DNA from: Candidatus Acetothermia bacterium
GTDB taxonomy: Bacteria; Bipolaricaulota; Bipolaricaulia; RBG-16-55-9; JANLFV01
NCBI GenBank assembly: GCA_028275195.1
Contig: JAPWVC010000001.1
Coordinates: 1 to 33,917 of the forward strand
DNA length: 33,917 bases
Direction of reading: 5' to 3'
Made by a program: the position numbers and the translations under genes. The number at the start of each line of letters is the position of its first letter. The first letter of the stretch is position 1. Of this stretch, positions 9,189-16,376 are shown one piece after another. The notes below the pieces were generated by a model, which saw nothing but the letters and a program-made list of their open reading frames with translations, made no database searches and was not told the origin of the DNA.

Positions 9189-9233
9189 AGCGAGCCCCCT
9201 GCGGTGTGGAAGATTGTTCATCTGCTGCGGGAG

Positions 9234-9242
9234 TGGTATAAT
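9234..9242 (+). promoter_or_regulatory. Extended -10 promoter element TGgTATAAT upstream of the S2P protease gene
   Basis: gagTGgTATAATccc; a weak -35-like TTGTTC (9214-9219) sits at 17-nt spacing. The leader of roughly 30 nt carries GAGGTG before the ATG at 9280. Confidence 0.5.
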
Positions 9243-9279
9243 CCCAGCGTAATTTTCCTCGCCCGTGAGGTGTGATGAG

Positions 9280-10401
9280 ATGATGAGGAATGCGCTCTCT
9301 TTGGGGAGGATCTTCGGGATCGAGATCGAGCTGGACTACTCCTGGTTCATCATCTTCATCCTGGTCGCTTGGTCCCTGGCTGTAGGCTACTTCCCTCAAG
9401 GTTATCCCGGCTGGCCCGCGGGCCTCTACTGGGGAGTCGGGCTGGTCACGAGCCTCCTCTTCTTCGGGTCGGTCCTGGCCCACGAGCTGGCCCACAGCCT
9501 CATGGCCCGCCGCCACGGCACGCCGGTCCGGAGCATCCGGCTCTTCATCTTCGGCGGGGTCTCCCAGATCACGGAGGAGCCGAAGTCCGCGCGGGATGAG
9601 TTCAGGTTCACCATCGCCGGGCCGCTCACGAGCCTCGCCCTCGGGCTGGTCTTCGGGGGGATCTGGTGGGCCATGCGGGGCCGGGATCATCCCCTAGCGG
9701 CGCTCGCTCAGTGGCTGAGCTTCGTGAACTTCATGCTCGCGGGGTTCAATCTGATCCCCGGCTTCCCACTGGACGGCGGGCGGCTCTTCCGTTCGCTCGT
9801 CTGGGCGATCACCAAGGACCTCCGGCGAGCCACCCAGCTCGCCGCGGCGATCGGCCGGGCGGTGGCCTTCCTCTTCATCCTCGCCGGGGTGATGCTGATC
9901 TTCCGGGGCTTGTGGATCAATGGGCTCTGGCTGGCCTTCATCGGCTGGTTCCTGGAGAACGCCGCGGCCCAGAGCTGGCGGCAGTTCACCCTCCAGGAGC
10001 TCCTCCAAGGCCATAAGGTCCGAGAGGTCCTGACCAGCGACTGGCCCCAGGTCCCCCCCGAGCTCTCCCTCCAGGAGCTGGTGGAGGAGCATGTCCTCAC
10101 CTCGCTCCGCCGCTGCCTCCCGGTGATCTCCGAAGGGCGGCTCCTCGGAGTGGTGACGGTCCACAAGCTGAGGGAGGTCCCCCGCGAGCGCTGGGCCACG
10201 ACCCGCGTGGCGGAGGTGATGATCCCCCTCGAGCAGGTGAAGACGATCGCTCCCGAGGCCGAGCTCCTAGCCGCCCTCCAGCTCATGACCCAGGAGGACA
10301 TCAACCAGCTCCCCGTCGTGACCGATGAGAGCCTGGTAGGGATGCTGGCCCGGGACAAGATCCTGGCCTTCATCCAGACCCGGGCTGAGCTGGGGATATG
10401 A
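9280..10401 (+). CDS. Site-2 protease (M50) family zinc metalloprotease with C-terminal CBS pair
   Basis: HELAHSLMARRHG is the HExxH motif and FNLIPGFPLDGGR is the LDG motif. The C-terminal half is CBS-like (LPVISEGRLLGVVT, LPVVTDESLVGMLAR). I preferred the ATG at 9280, 9 nt after GAGGTG, over the GTG at 9265. Confidence 0.85.
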   Translation: MMRNALSLGRIFGIEIELDYSWFIIFILVAWSLAVGYFPQGYPGWPAGLYWGVGLVTSLLFFGSVLAHELAHSLMARRHGTPVRSIRLFIFGGVSQITEEPKSARDEFRFTIAGPLTSLALGLVFGGIWWAMRGRDHPLAALAQWLSFVNFMLAGFNLIPGFPLDGGRLFRSLVWAITKDLRRATQLAAAIGRAVAFLFILAGVMLIFRGLWINGLWLAFIGWFLENAAAQSWRQFTLQELLQGHKVREVLTSDWPQVPPELSLQELVEEHVLTSLRRCLPVISEGRLLGVVTVHKLREVPRERWATTRVAEVMIPLEQVKTIAPEAELLAALQLMTQEDINQLPVVTDESLVGMLARDKILAFIQTRAELGI

Positions 10402-11373
10402 ATGAAGCGGCTCGCGGTCCTGACCAGCGGCGGGGACGCCCCGGGGATGAACGCCGCCATCCGGGCGGTTGTCCGAGTCGGGCTTGAGAAGGGCCTCGAG
10501 GTCCTCGGCGTCCGGCGGGGCTATGCCGGGCTCATCGCTGGCGAGTTCTGCCCGCTGGGGGCCCGCGATGTCGGCGGGATCATCCAACGGGGCGGGACGA
10601 TCCTGGGGAGCGCCCGCTGCTCGGAGTTCGAGGCCGAGGCGGGCCAGCGGCAGGCCCTCGAGCGGCTTCACCAGCAGGGGATCGAGGGGTTGATCGTCAT
10701 CGGCGGGAGCGGCTCCCAGGCAGGGGCTTATGCCTTGGCCCGGATGGGCTTCCCCGTCGTGGGCGTGGCCTCGACGATCGACAATGACCTTTATGGCTCG
10801 GAGCCGTCGATCGGGGTCGATACGGCCCTCAACATCGCTTTAGAGGCGATCGACCGGCTCAAGGTCACGGCCTCCTCGCACCAGCGGGCCTTCCTCGTGG
10901 AGGTGATGGGCCGCCAGTGCGGCTACCTGGCCTTAGTCGCGGGCCTGACCGGCGGGGCCGAGGCGATCGTGATCCCCGAGGTGGAGGCCGATCCCGAGGC
11001 CCTGGCCGCGGAGCTCCACGCGGCCTACGAGCGGGGGAAGCCGCATGCGATCGTGGTCGTGGCCGAAGGGGCCTACTACAATGCCACCCGGCTGGCCGCC
11101 TACTTCCAGGAGCACCAAAAGAGGCTGGGCTTCGAGCTGAGGGTCACGATCCTCGGGCATGTCCAGCGGGGCGGGGCACCGGGGGCCTTCGACCGGCTCC
11201 TCGCTACAAGGCTCGGCGCGGCGGCGGTCGAGCACCTCATCCGGGGAGAGCATGGCCTCCTCGTCGGCTGGCTCAACGGCGAGGTCGCGGCCACGCCTCT
11301 CTCCGAGGTGGTCAAGAACAAGAAGGCCCTGGACCCACGGCTCCTGGAGCTGGCCAGGATCTTAGCCAAGTAG
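10402..11373 (+). CDS. pfkA: 6-phosphofructokinase (PfkA family)
   Basis: MKRLAVLTSGGDAPGMNAAIRAVV, RGGTILGSAR, STIDNDL, SSHQRAFLVEVMGR and TILGHVQRGG are family motifs. The ATG directly follows the S2P stop (TGAATG). Confidence 0.9.
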   Translation: MKRLAVLTSGGDAPGMNAAIRAVVRVGLEKGLEVLGVRRGYAGLIAGEFCPLGARDVGGIIQRGGTILGSARCSEFEAEAGQRQALERLHQQGIEGLIVIGGSGSQAGAYALARMGFPVVGVASTIDNDLYGSEPSIGVDTALNIALEAIDRLKVTASSHQRAFLVEVMGRQCGYLALVAGLTGGAEAIVIPEVEADPEALAAELHAAYERGKPHAIVVVAEGAYYNATRLAAYFQEHQKRLGFELRVTILGHVQRGGAPGAFDRLLATRLGAAAVEHLIRGEHGLLVGWLNGEVAATPLSEVVKNKKALDPRLLELARILAK

Positions 11374-12240
11374 CTACTTACAGACCCGCTCGCCTTGCTC
11401 CTGCCAGAGGGCCCTGGCCCGGTCGACCGCCAGCTTGTTATAGAACGGCCATTTGGCCATCACCGCCGGGTCCTGGGCCTTCTCTAAAGTCGTCCTGAGG
11501 AGGCCGCAGAAGAGGGCCCAGTCCTTCTTGGCTTTAGCGTAGAATTCGGCGTAGTTGACATAGTTTTCCAGATACTCCGCGTCGATCTGGATCGACCGCT
11601 CGAAGTGGGGCTTCGAGCCCTCAAGATCGCCCCCGAGGAAGCTCGGGACCTGGGCCAAGAAGGCCGCTAACGCCCGGTGCGGCCCACCGCCGTCGTAGGT
11701 CTCATCGAGCTCGACCGACCGCTCGAATGCGGCCCGGACATCGAGCGTCCCGCCGGTGAGGGCTGTCATCGCATGGTAATTGAGCCATCTCCCTAGGTTA
11801 TTGCCATACCAGAAGATCGCCGCGATATCTTTGGCTAAGCGGAGGGCGGCCCGGAAGCTCTCCCCCTCAGTCCGGACGAACTCCGGATCGAGCCGGAGGC
11901 TCTCCAGTGCATAGTCCTTCCCCTTCCCGTAGGCTGGCTCCCTCTCGGCATACTTGGCGATATAGCCCTCGGCCAGCTCGAAATACGCTTGAGCGAGGCG
12001 GTTCAGCACATGGGCCTTCGTCTGGACCTGGTCTGGGGGGATCAGCGGGAGGGCCTGCTCCCAGAGCTCGATCGCCCGCCGCAGTCGCCCTTCATAGGCG
12101 GCGAAGTCGAACTCCCCGCTCCAGCGGTCGTAGAGCCCGTCGGCCTCGGCGATCAAGGCCGCCGGGTCCTGGGCCAGGCCGCTCTCCAGGGCCAGTAAGA
12201 CCACGAGGAGCATGTAAAGTGTCAGAACCGATCTCTTCAT
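11374..12240 (-). CDS. Secreted TPR-like protein, probable TatT (TRAP T-component) family
   Basis: MKRSVLTLYMLLVVLLALESGLAQ is a signal peptide. The helical-repeat body includes FWYGNNLGRW...ERSVELDETYDGGGPHRALAAFLAQVPSFLGGDLEGSKPHFERSIQID. This matches my recollection of TatT-family proteins, which I have not verified. I chose the start at 12240 because AGGAGGG lies about 8 nt upstream. Confidence 0.55.
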   Translation of the reverse strand: MKRSVLTLYMLLVVLLALESGLAQDPAALIAEADGLYDRWSGEFDFAAYEGRLRRAIELWEQALPLIPPDQVQTKAHVLNRLAQAYFELAEGYIAKYAEREPAYGKGKDYALESLRLDPEFVRTEGESFRAALRLAKDIAAIFWYGNNLGRWLNYHAMTALTGGTLDVRAAFERSVELDETYDGGGPHRALAAFLAQVPSFLGGDLEGSKPHFERSIQIDAEYLENYVNYAEFYAKAKKDWALFCGLLRTTLEKAQDPAVMAKWPFYNKLAVDRARALWQEQGERVCK

Positions 12241-12367
12241 GACCATCCCTCCTTCGGGGAATGCAAGGGTCGGGGCCAATCTAGCGGATCGGCCAGCCGA
12301 GGGTCAAGGAGGGAATTTCATATCCCCTGCCGGAGATGCTAGTCTTGGCCGGGAGGTGAGATAGAAG

Positions 12368-13750
12368 ATGGAGCTAGCTCAGCTGATTGCGGCTCGCGCG
12401 GAAGAAGCCTATGAATTGCATAAGAGATACATCAATCCCCTCTTCGTCCGGGTCTTGGAGATCATCGGCTACGATAAGGTCTACACCAAGGGGGAAGGGG
12501 CCTATCTCTACGACCAGGCCGGCAACAAGTATCTCGACTTCCTCGGGGGATATGGGGTCTACCATCTGGGGCGGAGCCATCCCGCGCTCAAGCGGGCCCT
12601 GCACGAGCTGCTCGAGCTCGACCGGCCCAACCTCGTCCAGATGGACTGCCCACTGCTCGCTGGCCTGCTCGCGGAGCGGCTGGTCGAGCGGACGCGGGCG
12701 AGCTTCCCCGGCCTGGACGCCGTCTTCTTCACCAACTCCGGGGCGGAGGCCATCGAGGGGGCCCTGAAGTTCGCCCGCGCGGCCACGGGCCGGGAGAGGT
12801 TCATCTATTTGGACCATGCCTTCCACGGGCTGACTCTGGGGGCCCTCTCAGTGAACGGGAGCGAGCACTTCCGCTCCGGCTTCGGGAGGCTCCTCCCGGC
12901 GAGCGCGATCGCGATGAACGACCTCGAGGCCCTGGAGCGGGAGCTCGCGCAGGGCGATGTCGCGACCTTCATTGCCGAGCCGATCCAGGGGAAAGGAGTC
13001 TATGTCCCGGACGAGCGCTTCCTCCCCGAGGCCCAGCGGCTCTGCCGCGAGCACAAGGCCCTCTTCATCCTCGATGAGGTCCAGACCGGGCTGGGGCGGA
13101 CCGGGCGGTTCTTCTGCGGGGAGCACTGGGGCCTGGAGCCGGACATCGTCACGATCTCCAAGGCCCTGAGCGGGGGCTACATCCCCGTCGGAGCGGTCCT
13201 CACCCGCCGGGAGATCCACAAGAGGGTCTTCTCCGGGCTGGAGCGGTCGGTGGTCCACTCCAACACCTTCGGGATGAACGAACTGGCGATGGGCGCGGGG
13301 CTGGCGACCCTGGAAGTCCTGGAGAAGGAGGGCTTAGTCGAGCGGGCCGCCCGCCTGGGGGAACGGTTCCTCACCGGCCTTGGGAAGTTGCAGGCGAAAT
13401 ATGAGCTGGTGAAGGATGTCCGGGGGAAGGGGCTGATGGTGGGGATCGAGTTCGGCCCCCCGCGCTCGTTGGCCCTCCGCGCGGCCTGGGCAGGGCTGGA
13501 GAAGGTCCAGGAGGGGCTCTTTGCCCAGATGGTGGTGATGAGCCTGATGCGGGACCACCGCTTGCTCACCCAGGTCTCCGGCCACCGGGTGAACATCATC
13601 AAGTTCCTCCCGCCGCTGGTCATCGGTGAGGAGGAGATCGATTACGCCCTCGAAGCGCTCGATCAGGTCCTGGCCGAGGCCCAGCGCTTCCCCGGCGGGC
13701 TGTGGAAGATGGGGGCCGAACTGGTGAAGGGCGCGCTCAGCCGCCCCTGA
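12368..13750 (+). CDS. Class-III pyridoxal-phosphate-dependent aminotransferase (acetylornithine/putrescine/GABA-type)
   Basis: FTNSGAEAIEGALKFAR, FHG.T.GALS, FILDEVQTGLGRTGRFF, DIVTISKALSGGY (Schiff-base Lys) and VRGKGLMVGIEF. GGGAGGTGAG Shine-Dalgarno lies upstream. Confidence 0.85.
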   Translation: MELAQLIAARAEEAYELHKRYINPLFVRVLEIIGYDKVYTKGEGAYLYDQAGNKYLDFLGGYGVYHLGRSHPALKRALHELLELDRPNLVQMDCPLLAGLLAERLVERTRASFPGLDAVFFTNSGAEAIEGALKFARAATGRERFIYLDHAFHGLTLGALSVNGSEHFRSGFGRLLPASAIAMNDLEALERELAQGDVATFIAEPIQGKGVYVPDERFLPEAQRLCREHKALFILDEVQTGLGRTGRFFCGEHWGLEPDIVTISKALSGGYIPVGAVLTRREIHKRVFSGLERSVVHSNTFGMNELAMGAGLATLEVLEKEGLVERAARLGERFLTGLGKLQAKYELVKDVRGKGLMVGIEFGPPRSLALRAAWAGLEKVQEGLFAQMVVMSLMRDHRLLTQVSGHRVNIIKFLPPLVIGEEEIDYALEALDQVLAEAQRFPGGLWKMGAELVKGALSRP

Positions 13751-14735
13751 CCTTGACATAGCCGTTGGCACGGAACCAATCCACGGCCTTCTGGAGGGCC
13801 GTCCTCGCCGGGGTCTGGGGGAAACCTAGCTCCCTTACGGCCTTGCTCGGGTTGTAGAACATATAATGCCGGGACATCCGGATCGTCTCCGGGGTCATCC
13901 GCGGGGTCGCGCCAGTGAGGGTGCAGAAGGCGGAATTCAAGTAGGAGAGGCCGAGGAGGGGGTAGTAAGGGAGCTTGATCTTCGGGGCCGGCAGGCCGGT
14001 GATCTCCGCGAGGAGGGCCAGCAGCTCCTTCATCGTCAGGTTCTCCCCACCGAGGATGTAGCGCTCGCCGACCCTTCCCTTCTCCGCCGCCAGGAGATGC
14101 CCTAACGCGACATCCTCGACATCGACGATGTTCATCCCCGTATCCATGTAGGCCGGCATCCTTCGGTTCAGGAAGTCGAGGATGATCCGGCCCGAGGGGG
14201 TGGGCTTGATATCGTAGGGCCCGACTGGGAGGCTCGGGTTGACGATCACCACCGGGAGGCCTCGCTCAGCGAACTGGAGGGCCACCTGCTCCGCCAGATA
14301 CTTGCTCCGCTTGTAGTCGCCGATGATCGCCTCGGGCTCGACCGGGGTCTCCTCGTCCGCCGGCTCCTTCCCCTTGGGGAGGCCGAGCGCGGCCACAGAG
14401 CTGGTGTAGACCACCCGCTCGAGCCCGCGCTCGAGGGCCGCTTGCAAGGCGTTCCGCGTCCCCTCGACATTTACCTCGTAGATCAAGTTCCGCGGGCGAA
14501 CCCAAAAGGAATACAAGGCCGCGACATGGAAGAGGAGGGAGCAGCCCTCTAAGGCCCGCTCGAGCGAGCCCCGATCGCGAATGTCCCCCCAGGCCAGCTC
14601 GACCTGGAGGCCCTCCAAATTCCGCCGATTGGAACCGGGCCGGAGGAGAACCCGCACGCGATAGCCCCTTGCAAGCAGGGCCCGGACGACATTGGCCCCG
14701 ATGAACCCCGTCCCGCCGGTCACGAGTGCCTTCAT
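13737..14735 (-). CDS. SDR-family NAD(P)-dependent epimerase/dehydratase (HpnA / dihydroflavonol-reductase-like)
   Basis: MKALVTGGTGFIGANVVRALLARGY is the Rossmann fold. YKRSK is the Yxxx K catalytic motif. FHVAA and VYTSS are also present. Confidence 0.8.
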   Translation of the reverse strand: MKALVTGGTGFIGANVVRALLARGYRVRVLLRPGSNRRNLEGLQVELAWGDIRDRGSLERALEGCSLLFHVAALYSFWVRPRNLIYEVNVEGTRNALQAALERGLERVVYTSSVAALGLPKGKEPADEETPVEPEAIIGDYKRSKYLAEQVALQFAERGLPVVIVNPSLPVGPYDIKPTPSGRIILDFLNRRMPAYMDTGMNIVDVEDVALGHLLAAEKGRVGERYILGGENLTMKELLALLAEITGLPAPKIKLPYYPLLGLSYLNSAFCTLTGATPRMTPETIRMSRHYMFYNPSKAVRELGFPQTPARTALQKAVDWFRANGYVKVRGG

Positions 14736-14764
14736 CTCATCTTACCGCCGCAGTCGACCCCCTT

Positions 14765-14773
14765 TGGTATAAT
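14765..14773 (+). promoter_or_regulatory. Orphan extended -10-like element TGgTATAAT on the plus strand, with no plus-strand gene downstream
   Basis: cctttTGgTATAATcgag is the same motif class as the promoters at 9234, 16359 and 28764(-). It points toward the 3' end of the minus-strand MFS gene. Confidence 0.3.
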
Positions 14774-14914
14774 CGAGTTGGGGACCGGGCCTGCCCATTC
14801 GAGCCTCCATCCCGAGCCCTCAATGGCGGCCGCCCGGCCCCCAAACCTGCTCTGATCTTAACATAATCGCTTCGGGCTGGGCAAGCCCTTGCTTCCCTAC
14901 CCCGCCCTAACTGG

Positions 14915-16255
14915 CTAGCCGAACGGCCCGCCTTCCCAGACCTCCCGGACCTGCGGGGGGACGGCCTCCCCCTTGCCCCTGAGGTAAGCCCCAAGCCGCC
15001 GGGTGAAGAAGAGGGCGCTCAAGATCGAGCTCACCCCGCCGAGGAGGACCGTCTCCGTCGGGCCGATCAGCCCGGCCAGCCCGCCGGCGAGGAGTCCCCC
15101 GAAGGGGAACATCCCCATGAAGGCCATGGTGTAGAGGCTCATGACCCTCCCGCGCTTGTCCTCTGCCACGATCGTTTGCAAGACAGTGTTGCTCGCGGCC
15201 GCTTGGGCCGTCATCCCGAAGCCAGCGACTAGGAGCAAGAGTAGCGAGAGCCAGAGGGCCCGGGAGAGGGAGAAGGCGATCAGCCCGAAGCCGAAGATGG
15301 TCGAGGCGAGGGCGATGAACCTCCCCAGGCCGAGGACTCCCCGCCGAGAGGCAAGATAGATCGCGCCTAGGAGGGCCCCCAGCCCCACGGCCCCCATGAG
15401 GAACCCCAGGGTGCTCGGCCCGCCGTGGAGGACCTCTCGGGCGAAGACCGGCATGAGGACCGTGTAGGGCATCCCCAGGAGGCTGATCACGGCCAGGAGG
15501 AGGAGGATCGCCCGGATCGGGGGCGACCCGAAGGCGTAATCGAACCCCTCGCGTAGCTCCGCCCAGACTCGCACGGCCTGGCCACGCGGCTCCCGCGGCT
15601 GGACCCGCATGGCCGCCAGGGCCGCGATGACCGGGAGGTAGCTGAGAGCGTTGAGGAGGAAGCAGACCCCCTCCCCGAGGGCCGCGACCAGGACCCCGGC
15701 GATCGAGGGGCCGATGAGCCTCGCACTGTTCACCATCGAGGAGTTCAAGGCGATCGCATTCCCCAGGTCCTGGCGGTCCTCGATCATCTCCACCACGAAA
15801 GCCTGCCGGACCGGCATGTCGACGGCATTGACCAAGCCGAGGAAGATCCCCAAGAGGACGATCTGCCAGACGGCGATCGCGCCGGTGAGGACGAGGGCCG
15901 CCAGGACCCCGGCCTGGAGCATGGCGAGGGACTGGGTGAGGATGATGATCTTCTGGCGGTTCCCCCAATCGCTCCAGACCCCGGCGAATGGGGCGAGGAC
16001 AAAGGTCGGGAGCTGGGAGACGAAACTGACCAGCCCCAAGAGGAGCGCGGACCCCGTCAGGCGGTAGACGAGCCAGCTCAGGGCGATCCGCTGCATCCAG
16101 GTCCCGATCAGGGAGATGCTCTGCCCGCTGAAGAAGAGCCGGTAGTTCCGGTGCCGGAGGGCCCGGACCAGCCCTCCCGGCCCCAGCCGCGGCTTCGGTC
16201 CTGCTGCCGGGCTCTCCAGCCCTTGGAAAGCTCGCGCTCGCTCGCCCTTGCCCAT
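14915..16255 (-). CDS. MFS transporter (EntS/MFS_3-like)
   Basis: LRHRNYRLFFSGQSISLIGTWMQRIALSWLVYRLTGS is followed by about 12 hydrophobic segments. I chose the start at the internal ATG 16255 (MGKGERA...) because the longer ORF would run through its own promoter. Confidence 0.8.
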   Translation of the reverse strand: MGKGERARAFQGLESPAAGPKPRLGPGGLVRALRHRNYRLFFSGQSISLIGTWMQRIALSWLVYRLTGSALLLGLVSFVSQLPTFVLAPFAGVWSDWGNRQKIIILTQSLAMLQAGVLAALVLTGAIAVWQIVLLGIFLGLVNAVDMPVRQAFVVEMIEDRQDLGNAIALNSSMVNSARLIGPSIAGVLVAALGEGVCFLLNALSYLPVIAALAAMRVQPREPRGQAVRVWAELREGFDYAFGSPPIRAILLLLAVISLLGMPYTVLMPVFAREVLHGGPSTLGFLMGAVGLGALLGAIYLASRRGVLGLGRFIALASTIFGFGLIAFSLSRALWLSLLLLLVAGFGMTAQAAASNTVLQTIVAEDKRGRVMSLYTMAFMGMFPFGGLLAGGLAGLIGPTETVLLGGVSSILSALFFTRRLGAYLRGKGEAVPPQVREVWEGGPFG

Positions 16256-16290
16256 CTTGCTCGCTTGACCCTGACCTGGAATGAGCAGAA

Positions 16291-16320
16291 ATTTTAGCCC
16301 CAATGGCAAGAGGGCGTCAA
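16291..16320 (-). promoter_or_regulatory. Sigma-70-type promoter TTGACG-18 nt-TAAAAT for the MFS gene
   Basis: Minus strand reads ctaTTGACGccctcttgccattggggcTAAAATttctgc. This lies about 35 nt upstream of the ATG at 16255. Confidence 0.5.
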
Positions 16321-16358
16321 TAGGGCGAGGGAGGGCCGGTGCGGAAAGCGCGGGCATT

Positions 16359-16367
16359 TGCTATAAT
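16359..16367 (+). promoter_or_regulatory. Extended -10 element TGcTATAAT, 9 nt upstream of the iorA ATG
   Basis: catTTGcTATAATttggctcccATG, with no purine-rich Shine-Dalgarno in the 9-nt spacer. Confidence 0.5.
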
Positions 16368-16376
16368 TTGGCTCCC

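Noticed and set aside
14736-14744. TAAGAT hexamer only 3 nt upstream of the epimerase ATG on the minus strand, considered as a further leaderless promoter.
   Set aside because: A 3-nt spacing is too short for a -10 box to place the transcription start at or before the ATG. It is probably coincidental or part of the 5' UTR.
14907-15968. 353-aa minus-strand ORF rich in Pro/Gly/Arg, in an alternative frame of the MFS transporter gene. Similar long shadow ORFs lie at 371..1015, 4144..4851, 9708..10460, 19364..20095, 23778..24674 and 27372..28304.
   Set aside because: The translations are low-complexity Arg/Pro/Gly/Ser strings, typical of off-frame ORFs in GC-rich DNA. Each is fully covered by an ORF with clear family motifs.
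16281-16376. Longer iorA start (MSRNFSPNGKRASIGRGRAGAESAGICYNLAP...).
   Set aside because: It would span the divergent MFS promoter and the TGcTATAAT element. IorA homologs begin at the ...LLLGNEA... region supplied by the ATG at 16377.
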